Part shown: one piece after another, positions 27,521 to 37,329 of the stretch
Numbering within the stretch: position 1 is the first letter of the stretch
Layout of the letters: every line of letters starts with the position of its first letter
Notes under the pieces: generated by a model
Databases searched by the model: none
What the model was told of the DNA's origin: nothing
Seen by the model: only the letters and a program-made list of their open reading frames with translations
Program-made: the position numbers and the translations under genes
Assembly: GCA_020346225.1 (NCBI GenBank)
Contig: CP070777.1
Coordinates: forward strand, 2,623,890-2,687,889
Reading direction: 5' to 3'
From: Candidatus Zixiibacteriota bacterium
GTDB taxonomy: Bacteria > Zixibacteria > MSB-5A5 > GN15 > FEB-12
Length of the DNA: 64,000 nt

Positions 27521-28405
27521 TCAGGAAATGCCCACCATCTGCATGAACGTCTCAGCCTTGTTGTATTCCTCCTTCAGGCCGTCGTTCAATTCCAGCAGAG
27601 TTGTCTCATCGACCGCAAAGTAACCGAGGGCGGTTTCGGGCGCGGCCCCGACCAGGTGCGCCTCGGATTCATCGTAGAAGGCTTTCTTGGCCATGTAGTC
27701 GGCGAGATTGACCATATAGGCGATGGGCTCGTCCTCCTCCTGCTGCCCGGGGTCATGATGATACGTAATCGCATTAATCAGCTTATGCGGAATTTTCCAC
27801 TGGGTAGCCAGGAAGCCGCCGATCTGGCCGTGGTTATAGCCAAGGATTTTCTGCTCGATCTCAAAGTCGGCGCTCGACGCATCCTTGTCCCGCTCCGCTT
27901 TGAACCGGCTGTATTCAGCGGGCAGGTAACAGCAGATGACCATCTTCCCCACGTCGTGAAGCAACCCCGCCGAGAAGGCCGCATCGGGATCGACCATTCC
28001 CCGCGATTTCAACCGGCGGGCCAGGAGACGACAGGCCACACCCGTTGACAGCGAATGCCGCCAGTACTTTTCCTGATAGTCCTCGTCGATATTCTTGCCT
28101 TTGAACATATCGAGCACCGATGCCGAGAGCACCAGGTTCTTGATGGCCTCGAAGCCGATGATAACGACGGCCTGTTTGACCGACTCGATTTCGCGGGCCA
28201 AGCCGTAGAAGGCCGAATTGGTCAGGCGAAGCACTTTCACCGACATGGCCGGGTCCTCAGCCAGAATCGACGCGACTTTCACGGCATTCACGCCGGGGTC
28301 GTTGATGACCTTCTGGATCTGGTGGAAAACGATCGGCGGCGTGGGCAGGTTGCGCACATTGGAAACCACCGTCTTTATTTTGCTGTCAATCTCTGCCGTA
28401 ATCAT
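27521..28405 (-). CDS. HDOD-domain signalling protein
   Basis: 294 aa. LPTPPIVFHQIQKVINDP...ILAEDPAMSVKVLRLTNSAFYGL and HDVGK motifs typical of HDOD. Confidence 0.85.
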   Translation of the reverse strand: MITAEIDSKIKTVVSNVRNLPTPPIVFHQIQKVINDPGVNAVKVASILAEDPAMSVKVLRLTNSAFYGLAREIESVKQAVVIIGFEAIKNLVLSASVLDMFKGKNIDEDYQEKYWRHSLSTGVACRLLARRLKSRGMVDPDAAFSAGLLHDVGKMVICCYLPAEYSRFKAERDKDASSADFEIEQKILGYNHGQIGGFLATQWKIPHKLINAITYHHDPGQQEEDEPIAYMVNLADYMAKKAFYDESEAHLVGAAPETALGYFAVDETTLLELNDGLKEEYNKAETFMQMVGIS

Positions 28406-28411
28406 AATCCA

Positions 28412-28753
28412 TCACTTATAGAAACGTTTTATGTCCTGTAGCATTTCATCGACCAGCCTGTCAATCGTCCTGTCTCTGACGGCGGGGAGTTCATAGAAAC
28501 CGGATTCGATCCTACCCGCCACCCGCCTGAGCCGTTCCGGCAGATTCCGGCTTACGTTCCCGGAACCGGCGGCGCCGGCTGTCAGGTCCGGCGACGGTTC
28601 CTCCAGCCGGGCGAGCCGGCGTCTGGCGTCGGTGGATATTTCGAGACTGTCTCTTTTCGTTTCCTGTCCGGCCTTTGCCTGCGGGCGCCTGTCGGGAGCC
28701 TTGCCGGTGCTGTCAACGCCTTTGTTGTCGCTGCCAATCGGTCCAATCTTCAT
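28412..28753 (-). CDS. flgM: anti-sigma-28 factor FlgM
   Basis: 113 aa, disordered N-half, DSLEIS segment, C-terminal RLRRVAGRIESGFYELPAVRDRTIDRLVDEM matching the FlgM sigma28-binding helix pattern (I..G.Y.v....iA..l). 6 nt upstream of the HDOD gene. Confidence 0.7.
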   Translation of the reverse strand: MKIGPIGSDNKGVDSTGKAPDRRPQAKAGQETKRDSLEISTDARRRLARLEEPSPDLTAGAAGSGNVSRNLPERLRRVAGRIESGFYELPAVRDRTIDRLVDEMLQDIKRFYK

Positions 28754-28823
28754 GGCCTCACCTTCCTTAAATCCAATTTAGGCACAGCTTACAGCCGTAT
28801 CTGTTTTCTTTGGCCTCCCTAAC

Positions 28824-29276
28824 TCATTTCTTACCGTCAACGAGCTGGGCCGAAGTAGCGTCATTCTGAAAATACTGCATGATTTTGTGACTGTTTTTCA
28901 GTTCGCCCAGTTCGACTTTCAACCGGTCGTACCGGTTGCGCATATAGTCTTCGTTCTCGTTTACGAGATTGATGCTCTTCTTGACCAGCGTGACGATGCC
29001 GTTGATGATTTTTCGCACGTCCGGAGAAACCGCCGCCATCTTGAAAAGCCGCGGGTCGCGCTTTTTGATTTCTTCGATCTTGGCCTCGGACTTTTTGATT
29101 CTCATGTGGCAGCGCTCTATCTCGGCGAACAGGTCAAGCAACCGGCCGTCTTTTTCGTACTTGATCAGATCCCGCTGCTTGTCCAGCATGACATACAGCG
29201 TCTGATAAAAGGCGTATTCCTCTTTGAGGACGCTCACCAGTTCTTTCTCGAGTTGAGTTATCGCGTTGTTGCTCAT
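28824..29276 (-). CDS. FlgN/FliT-like flagellar export chaperone (second FlgN-like paralog)
   Basis: 150-aa all-helical protein directly after fliS, in the FliT position of fliD-fliS-fliT operons. Heptad pattern resembles the FlgN family. No search run. Confidence 0.45.
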   Translation of the reverse strand: MSNNAITQLEKELVSVLKEEYAFYQTLYVMLDKQRDLIKYEKDGRLLDLFAEIERCHMRIKKSEAKIEEIKKRDPRLFKMAAVSPDVRKIINGIVTLVKKSINLVNENEDYMRNRYDRLKVELGELKNSHKIMQYFQNDATSAQLVDGKK

Positions 29277-29286
29277 GACTAGCTCA

Positions 29287-29724
29287 CTAAGCCGAAGTAA
29301 TCACGGTCCGCTGCGACTCGCCCTGCGAGCCGTCGGCCGCGGCCTCTTTTTCTCTTTCCTGCTGTTCCTTCAGACCCACCCAGCCGAGCCGAAGATTTTC
29401 GAGTATACTAATGTTATCGTCAATCTGATTCAAATCTTTGGTGGCCTGCGCCACGTTCGACTGGTTGATGACGAAGGCATATAACCGGCTCAGCCGCTTG
29501 GCGATTTCGCCGCCCTTCTCCTCATCCAATGTCGTGTACAGATGGGTGACAAAACGCTTGGCCTTCTCCAGCCTTTCATACCCCCTGCCGTTGTCGCCTT
29601 CGCGGTATGCCTCAACGCCCTCTTTGAAGGCGGCGATGGCTCCGTCGTACACCTTTATGACCAGTTCCACTTGAGATTTGCCGAGGATGGCGGTTTTCTG
29701 GTAAGCGTTCATCTCATCGGACAT
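29287..29724 (-). CDS. fliS: flagellin-specific chaperone FliS
   Basis: 145 aa. AYQKTAILGKSQVELVIKVYDGAI... and LYAFV... motifs typical of FliS. Confidence 0.85.
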   Translation of the reverse strand: MSDEMNAYQKTAILGKSQVELVIKVYDGAIAAFKEGVEAYREGDNGRGYERLEKAKRFVTHLYTTLDEEKGGEIAKRLSRLYAFVINQSNVAQATKDLNQIDDNISILENLRLGWVGLKEQQEREKEAAADGSQGESQRTVITSA

Positions 29725-29741
29725 AAAAGATTCCCATTCCT

Positions 29742-32084
29742 TTAGCGGTTGTTCGTATAGCCTTTCCAGTTGACATTGATGCCGGCCAGCTGGTTGGTTA
29801 GATACTCGCTCTGCGCACTCAGCTGGCCCAGTATCAGCTCCATCTCGTAGAACTGCTTATAGAGTGCCTGCCTCCTGAGTTCGAGCCGCTCGTCGATATC
29901 GGCAACGCGCTCGGCGATACTCTCTATCTGATTTTGATAAGCCCTTATGCGGCGGTCGAAGGTACCGTCGCCCGCTCTGGTGACGCTTTCCACAAAATCC
30001 TTCAACCGCGCGGCGACGCCTTTGGTAATAGTGATACTGCCGTCGATACCCGCCTGCACCTGCGATTCATCCAGGGTAACCCGTATCTTGAGACCCTCGG
30101 TGGTGGCGTTACCTTCTTTGCCGGTCAGGAACTGCCCGGCTCCCTCGGCTTCCTCCCCGTTGATGGTCCCGGCCACATCAAGGCCGGTTATGATTTGACC
30201 GCCGGAAAGACCCAGGCTGGCATAAGCCGAGTTGGATTGCTCGGTGACCAGCTCGATCTTCGACCCGGAGCCGTACGTGGAACCGGTGAACTGCAGATAA
30301 CCGGTGGTTGCCCCCGTCGAAACCCATTCGACCGTCACGTCGCGACTGCCGATCTTGGCATCACTGTCTATTTTCCCCTGGATCTCCGTGACGAGTTCCG
30401 CGGCGGTCTGGTAGGTCTTGGCCGCCAGTATGATCTCATCGGAGGTGACGCCGTCAACCGTCAACCTTAGCCGGTTGCCGGTGCTGGTCAGGGTAAGGCC
30501 GCTTTGCGACGGGTCTGTGATATCGACACCCTGATAACCCCCCTGGCTGGCGGCCTGAGTGATGTCCACATCAAACGCCGTGCCGACCATCGTTTCTGAC
30601 GATGACGATACGAATTCGATAAAACTCGTCGAGGAACTGCCGTTCGGGGCGAACAAACTGATTACATCATCCAGATTATTTCTCAGGGCGTTTTCCAGAC
30701 GGGCACTATCGGTTATGGCCAGCTCACCGGTGGCGGTGGTGCGAATGCCGATGGAATAAAGCTGGTTGAACTGACCCTCGATGCCGGGAATCGTCGAGCC
30801 AAGCGCCCGCCGCAGCTTGTTCTGCATCGTCCAGACGGTGATGTCACCGAACAGCATACCGGCCTCGTCGGCTTCCTTGTCATAAGTGTTCTGATCGTCG
30901 ATATATTCGTTCAACTCATTATAGCGGGCGATAAAGGTGCTGATCTTCTCCTTTATCCCGCTTATGTCCAGATCGGTGTTGATGGTGACGCTTTCGCCGG
31001 GGGCGGTCTCCTTGGCCACGGTGATGGAGAGGCCGCCGACCAGATCATTGAAGGTATTGGTGACCGACTGCACGATTATGGGCGAACCCCCGCCGCCGCT
31101 GGAGCCCAGCGTTATCCGCGCGTCGGACGCCTCCTGAAGCAGCGGCGAGAATGTGTTTACCTGGAAAATATCGCCGGCCGTGAGTACGCCGGCCGAGAAC
31201 GTCAGCGTCAGACCGTCGGCGCCGTCGCCGACCAGTTCCACCTCGGTATCGGCCTGGGTGACGACGATCGAGCCGGAATTGGTGCCGTCGCTCCAGTTGA
31301 TGGTAATGTTGTCGGAGCCGATTGTCTGGGCGCCGGTGCCGGCCACGGTAAAAGTATAAATCTTGTTTTCCGACCCGGTATAGGCGGCCGTGGCCCCGAG
31401 AGAAATCTGCGAGGTGGAGCCGGAGTCCGTGGTAACCGTCTCCGGGCTGTCGAACGATGAAGTCGCGAAGTCGAGATTGTTTCCCCCCGAAAGATTCGAG
31501 GTTACCGTCATTTTGTTGGCGGCGCCGGGGTTGTCGGCTGAAAGCAGCAACCGGTAGGGGTTGGAAGATGACCCGTCATTGATAATCGATGCCGTGACGC
31601 CCATATCGGCGTCGTTAATGGCGTTCTTGATGCCCACCATCGAGTTGTTGGTCGCGTCGATGGTAACGGTATACTGGCTGCCCTCGCCGACCTGAATGGT
31701 AATATCACCGGTTCCGAATGACGCCAGGGCCTCGTCCGAGAAACCCTGGCTGGCCAGCTGGTGATTGCGGGCCAGCGACAAAACCTGAACATCGTAGGAG
31801 CCGGAACTGACCCGGCCGGAGGCCGTCGCCGAAAGGATAGATGAATCCGAGACACTGATAGAAGATTTCTCGAAGGTAGCGACCCTGGTCAACTGGGAAA
31901 GGGCGGTGTTGAGGCCCAGAAATTTGGCCTGCAGTGCCTGATAAGCGGAGATTATCGACTGTTTTTCGGCCTGCTGCTGCTCGAGCAGGGCGGCGTTTTG
32001 ACGCTCAAAGGCTATTATGGTATCGACGATGGAAACGGTATCAAGGCCGGAGTTGATTCCGGTGATCGAATTGAGGGCGGGCAT
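29742..32084 (-). CDS. fliD: flagellar filament cap protein FliD (expanded, 780 aa)
   Basis: N-terminal GINSGLDT..IVD.....E and C-terminal FliD_C-type coiled coil (YQNQIESI...RYVKQF-like YKQFYEMELILGQL). Confidence 0.85.
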   Translation of the reverse strand: MPALNSITGINSGLDTVSIVDTIIAFERQNAALLEQQQAEKQSIISAYQALQAKFLGLNTALSQLTRVATFEKSSISVSDSSILSATASGRVSSGSYDVQVLSLARNHQLASQGFSDEALASFGTGDITIQVGEGSQYTVTIDATNNSMVGIKNAINDADMGVTASIINDGSSSNPYRLLLSADNPGAANKMTVTSNLSGGNNLDFATSSFDSPETVTTDSGSTSQISLGATAAYTGSENKIYTFTVAGTGAQTIGSDNITINWSDGTNSGSIVVTQADTEVELVGDGADGLTLTFSAGVLTAGDIFQVNTFSPLLQEASDARITLGSSGGGGSPIIVQSVTNTFNDLVGGLSITVAKETAPGESVTINTDLDISGIKEKISTFIARYNELNEYIDDQNTYDKEADEAGMLFGDITVWTMQNKLRRALGSTIPGIEGQFNQLYSIGIRTTATGELAITDSARLENALRNNLDDVISLFAPNGSSSTSFIEFVSSSSETMVGTAFDVDITQAASQGGYQGVDITDPSQSGLTLTSTGNRLRLTVDGVTSDEIILAAKTYQTAAELVTEIQGKIDSDAKIGSRDVTVEWVSTGATTGYLQFTGSTYGSGSKIELVTEQSNSAYASLGLSGGQIITGLDVAGTINGEEAEGAGQFLTGKEGNATTEGLKIRVTLDESQVQAGIDGSITITKGVAARLKDFVESVTRAGDGTFDRRIRAYQNQIESIAERVADIDERLELRRQALYKQFYEMELILGQLSAQSEYLTNQLAGINVNWKGYTNNR

Positions 32085-32129
32085 CTTTACTCCTGTAAGC
32101 TAAGACATCAATGTCCAATCAGTTTAGCG

Positions 32130-32159
32130 TTCCGGGGGAAGCTGTCACTTCCCCCGGAA
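32130..32159 (-). terminator. perfect 12-bp hairpin between fliC and fliD (no U-tract)
   Basis: Minus strand TTCCGGGGGAAG-TGACAG-CTTCCCCCGGAA, 13 nt after the fliC stop. Followed by CGCTAAAC, not a U-run. Confidence 0.45.
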
Positions 32160-32171
32160 TATTCACAATGA

Positions 32172-34337
32172 CTAGAAGAGCTGCAGAACTACCTGCGGAA
32201 CCTGATTGGCCTGAGCCAGCATGGCCGTGCCGGCCTGGATCAGAATCTGGTTCTTGGTGAATTCGGACATCTCTTTAGCCATATCGGTATCGCGAATCTG
32301 CGATTCAGAAGCCGTCAGGTTCTGAGCCGCAACCCTGAGGTTTCTCAGGTTGGATTCCAGAGTGTTCTTCTGGAAACTACCCAGCGTACCACGGGTGGTC
32401 GAAACCTCGTTAATGGCCGCGTCAATAACCCTCTGGGCATCCTGAGCACCGGCCACGGTGGTAACGTCGATTTCGGACAGCGAGCGGAACAGGCAGCCTT
32501 CCAGATCCGTACCGAGGGAGGTGGCGCACATGTTACGCAGACCGATGCTGGCCGTCTGACCAACGTTGGCGCCGATCTGGAAGACCAGCGACTGGTCAAC
32601 GTTGTAGATGGTCTCAGTACCACCCTGCGAAGTCAGGGCGTAGACCAGCCTCAGCGACTCGGAACGGTCGGCATTGTACACGGTAGTCTCGATACCGGCC
32701 GTGACGGAGTTCGCCGGGCCGCCGTCAAGGCGAACATCGAATCTGGCCGCGCTCACGTCGAGCAGCAGGTTGCCCAGATTGATGCCGTTGAGGGCGGTGG
32801 CCACGGTCATCTCGATACGACCCTGACCGGTCTCACCGTCAGCCTTGTTGATCAGACTGATATCCCTGGTCGAACCGTAATTGACGGTATCAACGGTGTT
32901 GGTGTAACCGTCGAAGCCGATCAGGGCGTCGGTCCCGCTGTTGGCCAGCGTATCGACCGAGATCTTCAGAACATTCAGGCAGTTGCCGGTACCGGCCGCG
33001 CCTGCGTTGATCTTGACCGAATAGGCCGAGCCTTCATCGTTAGTGTGAATCTGGATCTGGTTGTCGTTGGCTACGGACGCATCGATATCGGACACGGTAC
33101 CGTCACCCTGGACCTTGCCAAACTGGGTGTCAATACCTTCATCGATACGTGTCACCAGATCGGTCAGGCTGCTGTAAACTGAGGCGTTGATGGTAACGTC
33201 CCAGGTTACATTGCTGTTGGTCGCCGTGTTGGCGGTCATGTTGATGACGTTGGCCGAGGCGCCGCGGCTATCAGCGGCGCTGACGGTGAACTGAGACGTT
33301 GCCGCCGTGGTGGACGACGCCTTGGTCTGCACCGAGTACTGAGCGCCGAGGTTAGCCGATTTGAAGCGGAGTGCACCACCGTCGGTCCCGGTGCAGACAA
33401 CCTTACCAGCCAGTTCAGAGTTCAGGTTGATCTGAGCCTGGACCTTGGAGGCCACGACGGAGGTGGTGTCGCCGAGCTCGACCCCGATCTGCAGGGTCTG
33501 GTCACCTGTCGGCGACTCACCATTCTCCTGATAATTCAGGACGATGGAGTACGTACCCACATCGGTGGCAATGGCAGCCGCCAAACCGGCGTCTGAGGAG
33601 AGCATAGCCACGGTCGCGGCGGCAGCAAGCTCAAGACCGTTGCCGAAAGCGTCCGACATGCTCAGAGCATCCGACAGCTTCTCGGCCCAGCCAGAGGCCT
33701 GGAGGACGTTGATGTTGTGAATGCCTTCCGCCAGGTTGTAAGGATCCCCGTCGGTATTCGCCAGCGACAGACCCAGTGAGGTCGTGTTCAACTGGGCACT
33801 CGAGTCGGCCGTCTTGGTAGCCGTGATCGAGTGCTGCCCATCACTGAGGTAGGACCTCTTGATGCTCACGCCGGAGGTGTTGGCGGACGTGATGGTGGCG
33901 ATGTTGTCCTTGGAGCCGTCCAGCAGCTTCTTGGTGCCGAACTGGGTGTTGGCGGCAATACGATCGATGGTGGTGATCGCATTGTCGATTTCCGCCTGGT
34001 CGGCGGCCAACTGATCGGCATCGTTGAAGCCTTCGTTGGCGGCGTGGATGGCCAGCTCTCTCATCGAAACCAACAGGTTGTTGATCTCGGTGATCGCGCC
34101 TTCAGCCGTCTGGATCATGGAGATCGAACCCTCCGAGTTCGCGATCGCGCGGTTCAGACCGGCTATCTGCGCCCGGAACTGTTCGGAAATGACCAGACCG
34201 GCCGGGTCATCGGCTCCCTGGTTAATCCGGTAGCCCGATGACAACCTCTGCATTGACTTTTGCAGCGCATTATTGGTGAAAACCAAATTGCGGTGCGCAT
34301 TCAACGCGGCCAGGTTGTGGTTGATGCGAAGTGACAT
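32172..34337 (-). CDS. fliC: flagellin with very large Ser/Thr-rich central domain (721 aa)
   Basis: Conserved N-terminus MSLRINHNLAALNAHRNL...RLSSGYRINQGADDPAG and C-terminus ...QILIQAGTAMLAQANQVPQVVLQLF. About 450 aa variable middle. Confidence 0.9.
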   Translation of the reverse strand: MSLRINHNLAALNAHRNLVFTNNALQKSMQRLSSGYRINQGADDPAGLVISEQFRAQIAGLNRAIANSEGSISMIQTAEGAITEINNLLVSMRELAIHAANEGFNDADQLAADQAEIDNAITTIDRIAANTQFGTKKLLDGSKDNIATITSANTSGVSIKRSYLSDGQHSITATKTADSSAQLNTTSLGLSLANTDGDPYNLAEGIHNINVLQASGWAEKLSDALSMSDAFGNGLELAAAATVAMLSSDAGLAAAIATDVGTYSIVLNYQENGESPTGDQTLQIGVELGDTTSVVASKVQAQINLNSELAGKVVCTGTDGGALRFKSANLGAQYSVQTKASSTTAATSQFTVSAADSRGASANVINMTANTATNSNVTWDVTINASVYSSLTDLVTRIDEGIDTQFGKVQGDGTVSDIDASVANDNQIQIHTNDEGSAYSVKINAGAAGTGNCLNVLKISVDTLANSGTDALIGFDGYTNTVDTVNYGSTRDISLINKADGETGQGRIEMTVATALNGINLGNLLLDVSAARFDVRLDGGPANSVTAGIETTVYNADRSESLRLVYALTSQGGTETIYNVDQSLVFQIGANVGQTASIGLRNMCATSLGTDLEGCLFRSLSEIDVTTVAGAQDAQRVIDAAINEVSTTRGTLGSFQKNTLESNLRNLRVAAQNLTASESQIRDTDMAKEMSEFTKNQILIQAGTAMLAQANQVPQVVLQLF

Positions 34338-34343
34338 GTGTCA

Positions 34344-34378
34344 TCTCCTCCTTGAAGATTTTGGGGTCTCCTTACCCC
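34344..34378 (-). promoter_or_regulatory. CsrA-type binding sites in the fliC leader: GGA-loop hairpin plus GGA-containing SD
   Basis: Minus strand GGGGT-AAGGAG-ACCCC (34363-34378), then 9 nt, then CAAGGAGGAGA SD 7 nt before the ATG. A further GAAGGAGACC copy lies at 34452-34461. Confidence 0.45.
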
Positions 34379-34554
34379 TAGTTTCTATTTCATTGGTTTC
34401 GTTTGTTTGACACAAAGTATCACTTCCAATGTGGCTTGCTCTATTTACACAGGTCTCCTTCAATGGCCCTGCCCAATCAGATATAGTTACCTCCTCTTTT
34501 GCTCTTACTCAATGATGCCTTGGCTCATTAATTAGTGCTCTTATTCTAAGAACT

Positions 34555-34581
34555 AAATCGGCAGATATTGCGACAACTTTA
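34555..34581 (-). promoter_or_regulatory. sigma28 (FliA) promoter of fliC
   Basis: Minus strand TAAA-N15-GCCGATTT (consensus TAAA-N15-GCCGATAA). Implies a ~210-nt leader. Confidence 0.65.
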
Positions 34582-34630
34582 CATCGCAACCCGGCTTAGA
34601 TTAAGGACTTTTTCGGCCCCCGGGGAGTTG

Positions 34631-37324
34631 TCAGGGGACGCGTGATACCGGCCGCGTGAGGCTCTCCAGCCGCTCTTGAGCCGGTTTGAAGTCCGGCTGA
34701 AGCTGAAGAACCCGCCGGTAGCCGAGAATGGCCGAATCTTCATGTCCCATATTGAGATAGCACTCGGCCAGGCTGTATAGAATGCGAACGTCCGAGGGCG
34801 TCGCACTGAGATATTCCTCGTAATGCGGCAGTGCCCGGGCGAATTCACCCTGCTTACAGAGAAGATCGCCCAGAATCGGCAGGATTTCGCGCGCCCCGGG
34901 GGTCATTTCGAGGTACTTTTCGAGAGCTTCGACTGCCTGTTCGTACTGCTCCAGACCGGCCAGGGCCAGGCCGAGATTGCGATACGCGACAGCCAGGCTG
35001 CTATGCTCCTGCAGGGCTTGCTGATAATATTCCACCGCAGGGGCGTACTGTTTCATTTTGAAATAGCAGTTGCCCAGATCGTTGAGGATTTCAGCTGAAG
35101 GCCCTCCGGCTTCCAGAATCGATTCATACACCTCCACGGCTTTCGCGTACTGCTGGGTCGCCAGATAAGCTTCGGCCGCCTGGACCATGACATCCCGAGA
35201 CTGCCCGGAGAGCCGGACCGCTTCGTCAAACTGCTCGCAGGCTCTTTCGGTGCTGCCTGTCTCAAGCAAAAATCGGCCGTATTTCAGCCGCAGGCCGGCT
35301 TCCTGAGGGCATTCCTTCATGGCCCGCCCGAAGTAACGGTCAGCCGTTTCGAAATCGCCGTCCGACCGGCATACCTCGGCCAGTCCCGCCAGCGCGCTAT
35401 CGGAACCGGCGTCAACGGCCAGGTGTCGCTGGAAGTAGGTCTTCGCCTCAGCCCGGTTGCCTTCCGCCACGAGGAACCCCGCCAGACGCAGGTTGGCCTC
35501 GAGGTAGCTGGACTGAACCTCCAGTGTCTTTCGGAGAAAATGCTTGGCCTTTTCACTATCGCCGCGAATCTCGGAAATAAGCGCCATGCCGTAATAGGCG
35601 CTGGCGCGATTATCTATGTGAGTCAGAATAAGGCAATCGGTCTCGGTGCCGGGGTCATAGGCGGCTTGAACACGGAGATATTCTTCATACGCTGCGAAAG
35701 CTTCGTCCCACTGCTCCTGACGGGCCCGAGTGTGCGCCTTCAGCATGAGAGCGTCGAGATAGTCCGGTTTGAGATGCAAAGCCCGTTCGGCGTATTGCAT
35801 GGCCTCGTTGTACGAACGCTCGAAAAAATACGCCCAGCCGATTTGATCCAGACACATCAGATGAATGTGGCGCTGGTCTTTCTTCGCCGGGTCGGTCAGC
35901 TTCACGGCGCGTTCGGCCGTCTTGATAATTTCTGCTATGTTCCTGGTCGGGTAGTCCTGTCCCTCCCCCTTCAGCAACTGTGCGTAATTGAAGAGGGCAA
36001 AAAAGTTGTCCGGGTTTTCCTCAAGCTGCTTCTCCAGCAGTTCTTTTGAGCGAAGAAACTTCTGACGCATCTTCTCGGGACCAAGATCGTAACCGAGATG
36101 CTTCAGGCGAATGTCGGCCCGGACGACCGGATGCTCCAGGCCGAGCTTCAGCAGGTTGTGGACGATACCTTCATATTTCAAATCGAGCTTGCGTCTCCAG
36201 AAACGCACCGAGGGCAGGAACGTTTTCAGTTCCTCTTTGGCGCCGTAGACATTGTACACGTTTATGGAAATTATGCCGATGTTGTCCCGGTTGGTCAGCC
36301 GGCGCAGCATCGGCAGGTCTTCCTCGACAAAGCGCTCGTCGGCATCGATGATGAAAACCCATTCACCAGTAGCCTGCTCGAGCGAAAAGTTACGATGTTT
36401 CGAGAAATTACCCTCCCACGGCTGGTGGAAAATCCTGGCCCCGTATGACTCGGCAATTTCAACCGTGCGATCGGTGGAACCGGTGTCGACGACGATGATC
36501 TCGTCGACCCAGTTGCGCACCGTGTCGAGACAGCCCGGCAGTAGCTCTTCTTCGTTCTTGACGATCATGCAGGCGGAGACGGTCGCTGTATGTTCGAAAG
36601 TTTTCAGCAGAAGACGAAGTTCCTGTACCTGTCGACACTCATTCAGACCGCGCTGAACGATATCGCGGGCCGCAGCCGGATTTTTGTGGTGCTTCTCGAT
36701 GTTGGCTAAGTTGATATACGGCAAGTGGTTGCCCGGGTCGCTCGAAATCGCTCGTTCAAGGTACTCCCGCGCCTTGTCCCACTGCGATTTTTCGTAGTAA
36801 GCCGATCCGATGAAGTTCTCCACCTGGGCGACATGATATGATGAACCGCAATAGCTCGGTGTCTCGACGACTTCAGGGCTCGAATCCTTGACTGCTTTTA
36901 GAAAGTCTCGTCCCGACGCAACCGCTTTCTCGTACTCGCGCAGCGAAAGATGCACAAAAGTCAAAACGAAAAGATAGTCCGGTCCAGCCGGCTCATCCTT
37001 CATTCCCCGGCGGCACACCCGCTCGGCATCGACCAGCCTGTTGAGGTGCGCGAAGCCGAGGGCCAGAAGTCGGTCATAGAGCTTTCTACTCGGACCGTCG
37101 CCGAAAGGATACTGCTCTTCCAACAGCTCCAGTGTCGGTGCAATCTTTTCCTGCTCATCGCGTCGGAGATAATGGTCGGCCAGGGCCAGGCGGGCTTTCA
37201 CATCACCGGGATTGCGCTCGACTGCGGAGAGAAGATGGGCTTGGCCCGGATCAGACCCGTGGTGGGCGGCGGAATTACCTCGGGCGCGCCCCCCGGTTCG
37301 CTTTTTCGCTTTCTTTCTGGACAT
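34631..37324 (-). CDS. TPR - family-2 glycosyltransferase - TPR protein
   Basis: 897 aa. Central GT2 core (MIVKNEEELLPGCLDTV...VVDTGSTDRT...IIDADE) flanked by many TPR repeats on both sides. Confidence 0.8.
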   Translation of the reverse strand: MSRKKAKKRTGGRARGNSAAHHGSDPGQAHLLSAVERNPGDVKARLALADHYLRRDEQEKIAPTLELLEEQYPFGDGPSRKLYDRLLALGFAHLNRLVDAERVCRRGMKDEPAGPDYLFVLTFVHLSLREYEKAVASGRDFLKAVKDSSPEVVETPSYCGSSYHVAQVENFIGSAYYEKSQWDKAREYLERAISSDPGNHLPYINLANIEKHHKNPAAARDIVQRGLNECRQVQELRLLLKTFEHTATVSACMIVKNEEELLPGCLDTVRNWVDEIIVVDTGSTDRTVEIAESYGARIFHQPWEGNFSKHRNFSLEQATGEWVFIIDADERFVEEDLPMLRRLTNRDNIGIISINVYNVYGAKEELKTFLPSVRFWRRKLDLKYEGIVHNLLKLGLEHPVVRADIRLKHLGYDLGPEKMRQKFLRSKELLEKQLEENPDNFFALFNYAQLLKGEGQDYPTRNIAEIIKTAERAVKLTDPAKKDQRHIHLMCLDQIGWAYFFERSYNEAMQYAERALHLKPDYLDALMLKAHTRARQEQWDEAFAAYEEYLRVQAAYDPGTETDCLILTHIDNRASAYYGMALISEIRGDSEKAKHFLRKTLEVQSSYLEANLRLAGFLVAEGNRAEAKTYFQRHLAVDAGSDSALAGLAEVCRSDGDFETADRYFGRAMKECPQEAGLRLKYGRFLLETGSTERACEQFDEAVRLSGQSRDVMVQAAEAYLATQQYAKAVEVYESILEAGGPSAEILNDLGNCYFKMKQYAPAVEYYQQALQEHSSLAVAYRNLGLALAGLEQYEQAVEALEKYLEMTPGAREILPILGDLLCKQGEFARALPHYEEYLSATPSDVRILYSLAECYLNMGHEDSAILGYRRVLQLQPDFKPAQERLESLTRPVSRVP

Positions 37325-37329
37325 GTCGA

